Source: Planctomycetota bacterium (GTDB lineage: Bacteria; Planctomycetota; SZUA-567; H5-PLA8). From it: DNA of 26,633 nt. The position numbers and the translations under genes were made by a program. The stretch covers positions 1 through 26,633 of the forward strand of contig BTVV01000082.1 in NCBI GenBank assembly GCA_045863855.1, in the 5' to 3' direction. Shown piece by piece: positions 1-9,233 of the stretch. The notes under the pieces were generated by a model that had not been told where the DNA came from, did not search any database, and saw only the letters and a list, made by a program, of their open reading frames with translations. Each line of letters starts with the position of its first letter. Position 1 is the stretch's first letter.

Positions 1-561
1 GAACTGAACGCACAGCTTCTTGAGGTCGTCCGCCGAGAGGTCGGTGTCGTTCTTCACGCCCTTTTGGTGCTTCATTTCGTGGAGCATCTCTTCCATGGGC
101 TCTTTGCTCAGCCCCATAGCGGTCGTGGCATACATCTGGATGAAGCGGCGGTAGCTGTCGTAGGCAAAGCGGGCGTTGTTGGTTTTCGTGGCCAGCCCTT
201 CGACCGAGCGGTCGTTCAGGCCCAGGTTCAGGATCGTTTCCATCATGCCGGGCATGGAACGAGCGGCGCCGGAGCGGACCGAGACGAGCAGCGGATCGGC
301 CGAATCGCCCAGCTTCTTGCCGGTCACGGCTTCGAGCTTCTTCAGCACCTGCAGGACTTCCTTCTCGAAGCCCGATGGGTAGCGCTTGCCCAGCTTCCAG
401 TATTCGGCGCAGGTGTCGATCGTGATCGTGAAGCCAGGGGGCACAGGCAGACCGATGTTCGTCATCTCCGCCAAGCCGGCGCCCTTACCGCCGAGCAGCG
501 TTTTCGCATCGCCGCGGCCTTCTGCCTTGCCGCCGCCAAAAAAGTACACACGCTTCGCCAT
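1..561 (-). CDS. ppdK: Pyruvate, phosphate dikinase, N-terminal part (runs off the window edge)
   Basis: Absent from the ORF track because it is truncated. Manual minus-strand translation gives MAKRVYFFGGGKAEG...LLGGKGAGLAEMTNIGLPVPPGFTIT...PLLVSVRSGAARSMPGMMETILNLGLND, the PPDK signature. GGAG lies 9 nt upstream of the ATG at 561. Confidence 0.96.
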   Translation of the reverse strand, partial: MAKRVYFFGGGKAEGRGDAKTLLGGKGAGLAEMTNIGLPVPPGFTITIDTCAEYWKLGKRYPSGFEKEVLQVLKKLEAVTGKKLGDSADPLLVSVRSGAARSMPGMMETILNLGLNDRSVEGLATKTNNARFAYDSYRRFIQMYATTAMGLSKEPMEEMLHEMKHQKGVKNDTDLSADDLKKLCVQF

Positions 562-688
562 GGTACGCATCTCCGCTTTAGGGACCGTGGCACGTTCGAG
601 CCTCGAGGTCCGTCCCGGACCCTGCCGGACTCCCAACGAACCGGCGTTAAGAAAGAGGCTGCAAGTGGCCGCCTTGAAGAAGGGGCAG

Positions 689-717
689 TTTATAGCGCCC
701 ATGTGCACTCGATTCAA
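689..717 (-). promoter_or_regulatory. Putative sigma70-type promoter of ppdK
   Basis: Minus strand reads TTGAAT-17 nt-TATAAA in the intergenic region upstream of ppdK. Confidence 0.6.
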
Positions 718-762
718 GCGCAGCGGAAACGAGCATTGCCCCGCGCTTGACGAGGGCAGGAA

Positions 763-1425
763 TCAGGCGGATAGATCGCGCGGGGCGTCCGGCGGCGCAG
801 CCGGATCCGCAGGCTTGCGAATGAAGACCACCGCCAGCAAAAGACAGACGTGACCGAAGAGTTCCAGAGTCTCCTCGACAGGATTGAGCAAGTAGCGGTC
901 GTGGCGGTCCGGCGGCTTGTATTTATCCATCGCCTGCGAGCCCGCGTAGGCGAGAAGGGTCAGGTAGATGAAGTTGTTGAGCAGCCGTGTGCGCAGGTAG
1001 GGCAGAAGAGTGTGGTATTTGCGCCATGCGATCAAACCCAGCATCGCCACGCATCCGAACATAATCGCCGTCGCGTGCGGGAAATGCAGTTCGCGTATGA
1101 AAAACGAAGCGCCTAGACCGGCATACCAAAGAAAAAACGCATGTCGGCTGGCCGCAAAGCGCCCCAAGGCGGTGAGGATCAGGAAACCCAGCACGTACAG
1201 CGCCGCCTCTTCCAGTACGGGCTTGATGTCGACCAGATTTTCGTGACGCTTGTACGCGAAGAAGAAGCTCGAATACGCCAGCGGAATCAGCGCCAAGGCA
1301 TAGTTCACCAGCTTCAGGTGCGTGACAGCAAGCGTTCCCAAGGGCGGCGCGCCGGGCTTCGAATCGAGAGCCGCAGGATCGTCGGACGAGGGGGATTCGG
1401 CGAATGGGGCGGGTGTAGAAGCCAT
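763..1425 (-). CDS. Hypothetical integral membrane protein (about 5-6 TM helices)
   Basis: 220-aa ORF with several hydrophobic stretches and polar motifs at helix ends (RELHF, SQAMDK, EETLELFGH). Confidence 0.75.
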   Translation of the reverse strand: MASTPAPFAESPSSDDPAALDSKPGAPPLGTLAVTHLKLVNYALALIPLAYSSFFFAYKRHENLVDIKPVLEEAALYVLGFLILTALGRFAASRHAFFLWYAGLGASFFIRELHFPHATAIMFGCVAMLGLIAWRKYHTLLPYLRTRLLNNFIYLTLLAYAGSQAMDKYKPPDRHDRYLLNPVEETLELFGHVCLLLAVVFIRKPADPAAPPDAPRDLSA

Positions 1426-1442
1426 GGGAGAGGCGGCGACTC

Positions 1443-1471
1443 CGATAAAGGATTTAACTGAGCCTTTATCG
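1443..1471. promoter_or_regulatory. Perfect 9-bp inverted repeat (operator or hairpin)
   Basis: CGATAAAGG-N11-CCTTTATCG between the capA-like stop and the next ATG; no U-tract. Confidence 0.45.
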
Positions 1472-1517
1472 TAGGGAGCCGTCTTAAACCGGTCAATCGC
1501 GGTCGCGGGCGGGGCTG

Positions 1518-3758
1518 CTAGGGCGTGGCAGGCCTAAAGGAGCGGAAGGTAAGCGAAACCGTGTACTTGCCGGGCGCGCCGGTCACGCGGATGAACTCGC
1601 GCGGATGCGGAGCGGTAAAGGCGCCGCCGGCATCCATATCGAAGGTTTCTTCCCAATTGACGATAGCCAACTCGTCGTAACCCACGACTCCGAACCCTTT
1701 GTTCGGCGGGCTGTGGCGGAAAAAGACGCGCACCGCGCGCGCCTGCTGTTCGTCGGCCGGCGGCGGGAGATCCGGGTCTTCCGGCGGCATCGGGATATCC
1801 GCCAGGAAGGGCTGCCACTTGTAGCTGCCTGGCGCTCGTTCGTAGATCGTCACCTCGCCGAACTCCTTATCGCCCACGCTGGCTCCGATGCGCGCATAGA
1901 CGCTCACCGGGCCGGCTTTCTGCCCGGTAATGTAACCAAAGAGCGAGAGATCCTTGTTCGGCTGGTCAATGGCGTCGCCGAAGACGCGGATGCGGTTACG
2001 CAGCGGCAGGATCGAATCCGTCTCGCGCTCCGAACTGCGCGTGCTGCGCACGCAGGCCAGTCCTCGGAAAGGTTTGATGACCGACGCGTAGCGCGATTCG
2101 CTCTCCACATCCCAGCGCTCGACCTCCAGCCGGTCGGGGTCGGTATCGTAATCTTCGAAGTCCCCGTGCTCCAACAGGTCGCGTCCGATTTGCCCGGCGC
2201 CCAATCCGCTGCCGCCACCGACGGTGCGCGCCGCGATCAGCGATTCGTCCCCGGTGCCATAGAGGCGTAGATCCAGCATAGCCACACCCGATTCGGGAAC
2301 GGTCAGCTTGGCGATGACCGTGCGGTCGTGGACCGTATGGTCGTTCGGCGCAAGGCTCACGTAACCCTGATTGTTGTAGGGATAGTGCAGCACGCCGAAC
2401 GGCCGCGACGATTCGCCGATCCGGCGCAGGAGCACGCCGGCCAACCGTCCGCCCACCGGCTTGGGGCGGAAATCTTCGATATAGACCGGCGTGGAACGCA
2501 AGCTCCGCACCGTCGCGCCGTCCATGTCGGCCCGGATCAGCAGCCCCAGCATGGTCTCGACACGCGCTTGGTCGATGGCCAAATTGCCCGGGTTATGAAT
2601 CGCAAGCACGTCTCCGACCTTGGAGAATCCTTGTGCCACATGGGTGTGGTGGCAGACCACCAGCGCCGCGCCGGAAACCGCGGCAAGGTCAATGCGGCCT
2701 TGCAGGAACGCGGAGGGCTCAAAGGTGTATTCGATGCCGCCGTGAATCTGCATGATCGGGATGTAGCCGGCGTCCCGTTCGCGTTCGATGGAACCGGCAA
2801 AGTCGGCGTTTACCCGTGCATCCGCCGCACCGCCCTTCGTATCGTCTGCCACATAAGTGACCGCATGCTGCGATCCGCTGACCGCGCACGACGACAGGAG
2901 CGCATATGGGTGTCCACCTAGCGTGACCCGGTACGCCGCATACGCTTCCTCAGGCGTCAACCCCATGCCGCTGTGCGGAATTCCCGCGTTATCGAGGTGC
3001 GTGCGCGTGTCCACTACGCCCGCATCCAAGTAATCGTACACGTGGTTATTGCCCAGGGAGACGTAATCGACGCCCAAATCCAATAGCGCTGGCAGCGAGC
3101 CTGGCAGCGTGAAGAAGACGAAATCTTTGGTCGGATGCGGAGTCGCGGGGTTGTCCGTCACCGGCGTCTCGAGGTTCACGACTCCGAAATCCGCCTCCTG
3201 GTAGAACGGTTTGATGAATTGCACTACGTTTTTCGATCCGGGCAGCGGATCGCTAACCTGGATCAGCGCCAGAGGATCGTCGAGCGGCATTTGATCGAAC
3301 GGAATTTCCGTATCGGGATCGAGGAAGCGCCGCCCGAACATCGTATCACCGCCGAAAAGCATCCGAACCGCGCCATCGGCCGGCGTCAGCCCGATATCGC
3401 CCATAGCCACCTGGCGGCTTCGGGATGGCAACGCGAGATGCAGAGCGATAATCTCGTCGCGGTATCCGGGCGCCGAAATGGTCAGCAAGCCGTTCGTGCG
3501 CGGGGCGCGCTTGAACAAGAAAACGCCTTTGGTGTTGGTCAACACTGTGGTGCCATGCAGAGTCGCGCCGGCTCCCACCAGCGGCTGGCCGTTCGCGTCC
3601 ACCACTCGGCCCGTAACTTTAATGATGCCCTTGAGAATGCGCGCTTGGGTCTTGGCTTCGGTGCTGGGAAGTTCCGTCTCGATGGCCCGCAGTGCTACGC
3701 AATAAGACACTGCCAGCATGAGCAGGCTTGTTTTGAAGAGCGAATTCACGTTGTGCAT
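1518..3758 (-). CDS. Secreted CapA/PgsA-family metallophosphatase with an N-terminal carboxypeptidase-regulatory-like beta-sandwich and a C-terminal CBM-like domain
   Basis: Signal-peptide-like N-terminus; VTGRVVDANGQPLVGA (CarboxypepD_reg-like); CapA motifs GGDTMFG, VNLET, LGNNHVYD, IHGGIEY, CHHTHV; C-terminal domain starting LLEHGDFE. Confidence 0.85.
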   Translation of the reverse strand: MHNVNSLFKTSLLMLAVSYCVALRAIETELPSTEAKTQARILKGIIKVTGRVVDANGQPLVGAGATLHGTTVLTNTKGVFLFKRAPRTNGLLTISAPGYRDEIIALHLALPSRSRQVAMGDIGLTPADGAVRMLFGGDTMFGRRFLDPDTEIPFDQMPLDDPLALIQVSDPLPGSKNVVQFIKPFYQEADFGVVNLETPVTDNPATPHPTKDFVFFTLPGSLPALLDLGVDYVSLGNNHVYDYLDAGVVDTRTHLDNAGIPHSGMGLTPEEAYAAYRVTLGGHPYALLSSCAVSGSQHAVTYVADDTKGGAADARVNADFAGSIERERDAGYIPIMQIHGGIEYTFEPSAFLQGRIDLAAVSGAALVVCHHTHVAQGFSKVGDVLAIHNPGNLAIDQARVETMLGLLIRADMDGATVRSLRSTPVYIEDFRPKPVGGRLAGVLLRRIGESSRPFGVLHYPYNNQGYVSLAPNDHTVHDRTVIAKLTVPESGVAMLDLRLYGTGDESLIAARTVGGGSGLGAGQIGRDLLEHGDFEDYDTDPDRLEVERWDVESESRYASVIKPFRGLACVRSTRSSERETDSILPLRNRIRVFGDAIDQPNKDLSLFGYITGQKAGPVSVYARIGASVGDKEFGEVTIYERAPGSYKWQPFLADIPMPPEDPDLPPPADEQQARAVRVFFRHSPPNKGFGVVGYDELAIVNWEETFDMDAGGAFTAPHPREFIRVTGAPGKYTVSLTFRSFRPATP

Positions 3759-3820
3759 GACCAGAGCCTAGCAGGGATTGTGCACGATGTAAAATAAGTT
3801 TGAGGGTGCCTGGATTTTGC

Positions 3821-3847
3821 GTAACATATTGATATGTAATTACTTAC
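3821..3847. promoter_or_regulatory. IHF-like binding site in an AT-rich intergenic region
   Basis: TAA-CATA-TTGATA (3822-3834) matches YAA-N4-TTGATW exactly and sits in the quasi-palindrome GTAACATATTGATATGTAATTACTTAC. Confidence 0.5.
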
Positions 3848-3925
3848 AAATAAATTGGGTGGTTTGGTATTCAAATTTCATTGCGCAGGTTACTCAAAAA
3901 CCATTAACTCATGGAGCGCCTTCTT

Positions 3926-6115
3926 CTAGTCCTTCTTCTTATCCTTGTTCTTGCCCTTCTCGCCCCATTCCGTCCACGCATAGAGCGTACTGCGTTGGAT
4001 GCCCAGAATCTTGGCGGCTTGGGTCTTGTTACCTTCTACCTGCTCCAGCACCCATCGCGCGTACTGCACCTGCAAGACTTCCAAGAGCGGCATCTCGGGC
4101 GCGCGGATCGCAAACGTATGCGGCGCGTTCGTCGCCGCGGTGTCTCCGGCGGCGGACAAACCGGCCGGATGAGCGCCCGAAGGCGGCACGCTGGGATGTT
4201 CCACGGCGCGCCGGATATCCAACGGGATATCCAGCACCGAAAGCGTGAGCACCCCGCTGCGCGTGCCGCCGCGCCCGCTGGGCCGCGACAGCACGGCCAT
4301 GCGTTCCAGCGTATTGCGCAATTCGCGGATGTTCCCCGGCCACGCGTAGCGCCGGAAGACCGCCAGGACATCCGGATGCAGCGCGTAGTTGCCGAACGGT
4401 TCCAGCAGATGCGTGCAAAGCAACGCCAGATCGTCGAGCCGTTCGCGCAGCGGCGGGAGCAGAATTTCCATCACGCGCAGGCGATAGTACAGGTCTTGCC
4501 GGAACTGCCCCGCCTCGACCTCGGCGGCCAGATCGCGGTTCGTCGCGCAGACGATGCGGCAGTCGATGCTGCGCAAGCGCGATTCGCCCACGCGGGAGAC
4601 TTTCGATTCCTCCAGCACGCGCAGCAGCTTCGCTTGCACCGGCGCCGGAAGTTCGCCGATCTCGTCCAGGAAAAGAGTCCCGCCGCTGGCGATTTCGAAG
4701 ATACCCGCGCGGTCGCGCGTCGCTCCGGTGAACGCGCCTTTCGCGTGCCCGAAAAGTTCCGATTCGACCAGGTTCTCGGGCAGCGCCGCGCAGTTGATGG
4801 CCTCGAACGGCCCCTGCGCGCGGCGGCTGTACGAATGAATCGCGCGGGCCACGAGTTCCTTGCCGGTCCCGCTCTCGCCCAAGATCAGCACCGGCGAATC
4901 GACCGGCGCGACGCGTTGCACGAAGCCCAGGACTTCGCGCAAGCGCGGCGAATCGCCGACCATTTCGTGCTTGCCTTGAATCGTCATCCGCAGGCGCGTG
5001 TTCTCTTCCACCACGCTCTGCCGGCGGCGCAAGTTGTCCAGCATGGTGGCCAGCGGGTAGGCCGCGGCGGCGAGGAACTCGAGGTGTTCCTGCGTGAACG
5101 GCTCGCGCCGGCCGGCGAGCCGGTAGGCGCGTTCCATCACCAGATAACCCAGCGCGGTCCGGCCCGTCAGCAGCGGCGCGATCATCAGCGCGAATCGCTC
5201 GCGGTCCTTCTCGGCTTCCAACTCCTTGCGCACCAGCACCCGCGAGGCGGTCTTGTCTTTTACGACGGCTTCGGCAACGAGCGGATCCAACTCGACGTCC
5301 GGCGACAACACCGCGACGCCGCGTTCCCGAGCGTGTCGCAGCAGGACCGTCCGCGCGCCGGCCATGTGATCGTCCAGCAGGCGCGTCGTGCGGCTGCCCG
5401 GCGGCGCCCAGACCGTGAGCTGGATATCCTTCTCGCGCTTGCCGTCGTCGCCCGCGGCCGCGGCCTCGAAAACGACCTGTACCTTCGAACCCGGCAGCGC
5501 TTCGCCCAGGATCCGCGTCGCCGCTTCGAACAACCCGTCTTCGGTCTCGCACTGATTGGCTTCGCGCAGCATGCGGTACAGGCAATGCAGCCACTGCGTC
5601 CGGTCGCTGACCAGTTGCGGCGACTCGAGAATTGTCGTCTCGAAGCTCTTGCCGACCATCGGGCGCAGGCCAAAGCGTTCGACCGGCACCACCAGCGTCC
5701 CGCGCGGAACGCGCCCCAAGCCCTTTTCGTCGGGCATCAGCACGCCGCTCTTCTCGTCCAGCGGCGGCGTCAAGTCGCTGCCGGCCACCGTCGAGCGCAT
5801 CCGCGCCAAGGCCGTCTGCGTGCCCGGCGGGTAATGCCGCGTGAAGACGAGCGTGGCCTGTCCGATGGAGAATTCGTCGCCGTCTTGCAGCGAGATTTCG
5901 TTTTTCAGCGTTTCGCCGCCCAGCAGCGTTCCGTTGGTCGAGCCCAGGTCGCGCAGCAGGTAGCGCCCGTTCACTTGGCGCACTTCGGCGTGCTTTTTCG
6001 ACGCGCGCGGATCGTCCAGCAGCACTTCGCACGAGACGCCGCGGCCGATGATGCAAGAGTCGCCCAATTCGATCAGCTTGCGGCCTTCTTCGGTACGGAC
6101 GGTGAGGTAAGCCAT
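3926..6115 (-). CDS. Sigma54-dependent enhancer-binding activator (FHA - GAF-like - AAA+ - Fis HTH)
   Basis: FHA motifs IGRG, SKKH and STNGT; Walker A GESGTGKE; intact GAFTGA; Walker [48 protein letters not shown]. Confidence 0.95.
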   Translation of the reverse strand: MAYLTVRTEEGRKLIELGDSCIIGRGVSCEVLLDDPRASKKHAEVRQVNGRYLLRDLGSTNGTLLGGETLKNEISLQDGDEFSIGQATLVFTRHYPPGTQTALARMRSTVAGSDLTPPLDEKSGVLMPDEKGLGRVPRGTLVVPVERFGLRPMVGKSFETTILESPQLVSDRTQWLHCLYRMLREANQCETEDGLFEAATRILGEALPGSKVQVVFEAAAAGDDGKREKDIQLTVWAPPGSRTTRLLDDHMAGARTVLLRHARERGVAVLSPDVELDPLVAEAVVKDKTASRVLVRKELEAEKDRERFALMIAPLLTGRTALGYLVMERAYRLAGRREPFTQEHLEFLAAAAYPLATMLDNLRRRQSVVEENTRLRMTIQGKHEMVGDSPRLREVLGFVQRVAPVDSPVLILGESGTGKELVARAIHSYSRRAQGPFEAINCAALPENLVESELFGHAKGAFTGATRDRAGIFEIASGGTLFLDEIGELPAPVQAKLLRVLEESKVSRVGESRLRSIDCRIVCATNRDLAAEVEAGQFRQDLYYRLRVMEILLPPLRERLDDLALLCTHLLEPFGNYALHPDVLAVFRRYAWPGNIRELRNTLERMAVLSRPSGRGGTRSGVLTLSVLDIPLDIRRAVEHPSVPPSGAHPAGLSAAGDTAATNAPHTFAIRAPEMPLLEVLQVQYARWVLEQVEGNKTQAAKILGIQRSTLYAWTEWGEKGKNKDKKKD

Positions 6116-6273
6116 GCAGGACGGATCTCCGCGCGAGCGCCCTCGCGCCGATTGCGTGTTGGAATATTGAACGCTTTTCGCGGGAAGTCAAGGCACGACA
6201 ACAAAATCAATACGGAAGAGACGATGCTTACGTGCGGTGAGTGGGACGCGTTCGAGCGGCCGTCAGAGCTTCG

Positions 6274-7503
6274 TCATACGCTTCCGAATACGACGGCCGC
6301 GTTGGTGCCGCCAAATCCGTAGCTCGTTTTCAGGATGGTTTTGAACGATCCGCTCAACGCTCCGTTCGTCGGCGTATGCAGATCGCATTCGGGATCTTTC
6401 TCGGCCGGATCCAGCCCTAAAATCGGGGGCGCTTTCTGGTCGCGCAACGTGAGGATCGCCGCGATCGATTCGTGCACGCCCGCCGCGCCCATCGTGTGCC
6501 CGATCGAACTCTTAATGCTGCTGACCGGAATCTCGCGGCCGCGTGCGCCAAAGACGTCGTGCACCGCCTTCGTCTCGATCTTGTCGTTGTACGGTGTGCC
6601 TGTGGCGTGCAGGTTCAGGTAATCGACGGCTTCGGGCTTCACGCCGGCGTCAAACAGCGCCGCGCGCATCAGCGCTTTGATGCCCAGGGCTTCCTGTTCG
6701 GGCGCGGTCATATGGTAGCCGTCGTTGTTCATCGCGCGGCCGAGCACCTGCGCGTAAATCTTCGGCGCTTGGCGCGCGCGGGCATGCGCTTCCGTCTCCA
6801 GCAGGATCGCGCCGGCCCCTTCGCTGAAGAGCGTGCCCTTGCGCCGCTTGTCGAACGGGCGGATCGTCTCGGTGGTGATCGCGCGCAACGCCGAGAGCCC
6901 CGCATAGATGTACAGCGAGAGTTCGTCGTAGCCGCAGGCCAGGACCGCCTGAGCGCGTCCCAGACGCAGCAGGTCGAAGGCCTGCCCGATGGCCGCCGCT
7001 CCGCTGGCGCACGACAGCGAGAGGTTCAAGCGCGGGCCGCTCAAGCCGCCCGCTTGGGCGACGGCTTCGCCGGCGGTTCCGAAGAGGTAGCCGTCCAGGC
7101 TGGCCTTGCCCGCGTCCTCGCTGCCGTCGATCAGCGCGCGTTCGGCTGCGGACATCCCGCCGAAGTTCGTTCCGGCCACCAGCGCCGCCGCCGCCAAGCC
7201 GGGCTGCGCGGCCACCGCCGCACGGACCGCATCCGGCGCCGCGACGAACCTTAAGCCCGTCGCGTCGCCCAAGGCCTCCAAAGCGGCGTCGCAAAGCATG
7301 CGCACGGCGCGCGGGGGTTGTCCTTCGCCGGCGGAATAGCCGTCCACCTCGCCGGCCTGCGCGTTGCGGAAGACGCTGGCGTCGAAGAGCGTCACCGCGC
7401 GCAGGGCCGAACGACCTTCGAGCAAGCCCGCCCAAAGCGCCGCCGCGCCGCGGCCGTGCGGCGAAACCGAGCCTAGACCGGTGACCACCACGGGAATACT
7501 CAT
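6274..7503 (-). CDS. Beta-ketoacyl-ACP synthase (FabF/FabB-like)
   Basis: VVVTGLG start; catalytic Cys-His-His in SCASG, LHATGT and IGHTMG; C-terminal SYGFGGTN. Confidence 0.92.
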   Translation of the reverse strand: MSIPVVVTGLGSVSPHGRGAAALWAGLLEGRSALRAVTLFDASVFRNAQAGEVDGYSAGEGQPPRAVRMLCDAALEALGDATGLRFVAAPDAVRAAVAAQPGLAAAALVAGTNFGGMSAAERALIDGSEDAGKASLDGYLFGTAGEAVAQAGGLSGPRLNLSLSCASGAAAIGQAFDLLRLGRAQAVLACGYDELSLYIYAGLSALRAITTETIRPFDKRRKGTLFSEGAGAILLETEAHARARQAPKIYAQVLGRAMNNDGYHMTAPEQEALGIKALMRAALFDAGVKPEAVDYLNLHATGTPYNDKIETKAVHDVFGARGREIPVSSIKSSIGHTMGAAGVHESIAAILTLRDQKAPPILGLDPAEKDPECDLHTPTNGALSGSFKTILKTSYGFGGTNAAVVFGSV

Positions 7504-7510
7504 GCGCCGG

Positions 7511-7519
7511 ATGCTACCA
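7511..7519 (-). promoter_or_regulatory. Extended -10 element 7 nt before the fabF-like ATG (possible leaderless mRNA)
   Basis: Minus strand reads TG-G-TAGCAT-ccggcgc-ATG, with no Shine-Dalgarno in between. Confidence 0.4.
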
Positions 7520-7576
7520 CGCGCCTGTGCGCCGCGCGAGCCGATGCAAGGCTTGGATTATATCGGGCAGCGGGTC

Positions 7577-7614
7577 TTGCGCCGTTGCCTCACAGTGCTA
7601 TCATTCCGATATCA
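7577..7614 (+). promoter_or_regulatory. Toxin-antitoxin operon promoter with overlapping operator
   Basis: TTGCGC-16 nt-TATCAT with a TG extension. The imperfect inverted repeat TGCTATC-N5-GATATCA (7596-7614) covers the -10; TGCTATCA is the known FitA half-site. Confidence 0.6.
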
Positions 7615-7633
7615 TCCAGGGGAGGATTTCGAA

Positions 7634-7861
7634 TTGAGCGACATTCTGATTCGTGGGTTAGACACCCAAACCGTCAAGCGCCTCAAAACGCGCGCCAAGC
7701 GCAACGGCCGCTCGCTGCAAAGCGAAGTGAAGCAGCTCCTTGAGCGCGCCGCCGATAAGCCCATGGCCGAAGTGCTCGATGCCGCGCGCGATTGGCGAGT
7801 AAAGCTGGGTAAGCGCTTCGACGACAGCGCCTCGTCCCTTCGCCGCGATCGCGACCGATGA
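7634..7861 (+). CDS. FitA-like ribbon-helix-helix antitoxin (75 aa)
   Basis: TTG start 8 nt after GGAGG (7621-7625); MSDILIRGLDTQTVKRLKTRAKRNGRSLQSEVKQLLE is the FitA-type RHH pattern; ATGA overlap with the toxin. The ORF-track start at 7364 is over-extended. Confidence 0.88.
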   Translation: MSDILIRGLDTQTVKRLKTRAKRNGRSLQSEVKQLLERAADKPMAEVLDAARDWRVKLGKRFDDSASSLRRDRDR

Positions 7862-8289
7862 AGCTCAAGCGCTGCGTCGTCGATGCCAGCGTCGTGCTCA
7901 AACTCTTCTTCGACGAAGACTTGTCTGGCGAAGCCGACCGCGCCATGCGCCACATCGCCGAACCACTTGCACCCGACCTGCTTTGGACTGAAGCTCTAAA
8001 CGTCGTTTGGAAGCGCGCGCGCCGGGGCGATCTCGAACACCCCGCCGCCGCAGCTCTCGCGAATCAGTTGCTTACACTGCCGCTTCAGACCCACGCGGCG
8101 GTCGAATTGCTCCCTGACGCCTTGGATCTGGCCTTGAGCCTGGATCGCACCGTCTACGACAGTCTCTATTTGGCGCTCGCCGTACGTTCCCAAACCCCTT
8201 TCCTGACCGCCGACCGCATGCTTGTAAACGCTCTGCAAAATTCTGCGTTAAAGAAGCACGTGCTATGGTTAGGCGCCTTAAAGGCATAG
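7858..8289 (+). CDS. vapC: VapC-family PIN-domain toxin
   Basis: VVDASVVLK, APDLLWTEALN, TVYDSLYLALA and LTADRML carry the acidic PIN residues; translationally coupled to the antitoxin. Confidence 0.92.
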   Translation: MKLKRCVVDASVVLKLFFDEDLSGEADRAMRHIAEPLAPDLLWTEALNVVWKRARRGDLEHPAAAALANQLLTLPLQTHAAVELLPDALDLALSLDRTVYDSLYLALAVRSQTPFLTADRMLVNALQNSALKKHVLWLGALKA

Positions 8290-8290
8290 G

Positions 8291-8680
8291 ATGGATGCCA
8301 ACGAAAGCGAATCCGTTGAAGGGAGGCGATCCCCATTGAGCCAATCCGAATCGCGCTTTCAGTTTCGCCTCATCTCCGTGCTCGTTTGGTGTGTTGGCAC
8401 TGCGTTAGGCTTAGCCGCCATGCCCGATGCTCCAAAGCAGTTGATCGAATCGTTTGGGACCGGCATAGGTACTTTGTGGTTGGCGGCCCTACTTTTCATT
8501 CTCGGACTTATCGCCGCCTTTCCGGCCTACCTTTGCGAGCAAATATGTGAGAATCTCGGGAGTACTGAAGGCGAGCTTAAGATTCGCAGGCAAAGGTCTG
8601 TCGGGAAGCGATCTGAATTTGATGAAAAGCGTGCGCGCTGGTGGGGCGATCCTCCGCCCGATGATTTAAAGGGAGGGTAA
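8291..8680 (+). CDS. Hypothetical two-TM membrane protein
   Basis: Starts 1 nt after the vapC stop; RFQFRL precedes the first of two hydrophobic segments; charged C-terminal tail. Confidence 0.6.
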   Translation: MDANESESVEGRRSPLSQSESRFQFRLISVLVWCVGTALGLAAMPDAPKQLIESFGTGIGTLWLAALLFILGLIAAFPAYLCEQICENLGSTEGELKIRRQRSVGKRSEFDEKRARWWGDPPPDDLKGG

Positions 8681-8684
8681 CCGC

Positions 8685-9212
8685 CTGTACACCCCGTCCC
8701 GGGCACCGCGCAAGAGTTCCGCTTGGTACCGCCTCCAGCTTCCCACCGCGGTTGTGTTGATGTTTGTCGCCGGAGCATTGATGTGGGGGAATCTGGACGA
8801 GCGCATCGAGGTCATTCCACATAGAGCGGCACTCATTAAGTGCGCAGGTGAAAACTATCCGCTGCACCTCGTCTGTGTGGACTATCCGACCAATAAGGAA
8901 TTTAAGAATTTTTTCGTCCAGCGTTTCTATTGTTATCGATTGGGCTGGCCCTTTACCTTTCGCATTCGATTGACACCGGAATTCCCATCTGAAGAAATTG
9001 CGGGCTACTACTGGGATATATCCAGCTTTCCCCCCACCGAAGAACCGTACCCCTTCAGTCTCGCCGTTACCGCCAACGCGTTGATCGCGTTCTTCGTCCT
9101 CGCTTTCACCTGGTTCGGCATGGAAGTCCTGTTGCTTCGCCTCGCTCTTCGCAAAAAGCAGCCGCCCGATCCCACCCCAGCCGCCTCCGATCACACCGAA
9201 TCCAAAATCTAA
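8685..9212 (+). CDS. Hypothetical membrane protein (TM - external loop with GWP motif - TM); start uncertain (CTG 8685 or GTG 8754)
   Basis: The ORF 8754..9212 frame stays open upstream to 8670. GGGAGG (8671-8676) lies 8 nt before CTG 8685, giving ...RKSSAWYRLQLPTAVVLMFVAGALMWGN. Confidence 0.6.
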   Translation: MYTPSRAPRKSSAWYRLQLPTAVVLMFVAGALMWGNLDERIEVIPHRAALIKCAGENYPLHLVCVDYPTNKEFKNFFVQRFYCYRLGWPFTFRIRLTPEFPSEEIAGYYWDISSFPPTEEPYPFSLAVTANALIAFFVLAFTWFGMEVLLLRLALRKKQPPDPTPAASDHTESKI

Positions 9213-9233
9213 AACCCAAATTTCAAAATCGAT
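9199..9233 (+). repeat. Degenerate heptamer tandem repeat (AATCYAA-like x5)
   Basis: AATCCAA AATCTAA AACCCAA ATTTCAA AATCGAT, spanning the stop codon at 9210-9212. Confidence 0.55.

Noticed and set aside
64..853. Plus-strand ORFs at the window start
   Set aside because: Antisense to ppdK, which explains the sequence.
3770..3786. Possible sigma54 promoter for the capA-like gene (minus strand GTGCAC-AATCC-CTGCT)
   Set aside because: It lacks the invariant -24 GG. A second candidate upstream of ppdK has 9 rather than 10 nt between GG and GC.
3911..6322. 803-aa plus-strand ORF and 720-aa alternative-frame ORF (4029-6191)
   Set aside because: Shadow ORFs over the sigma54 activator: Arg/Ala-rich, no motifs, expected in high-GC DNA.
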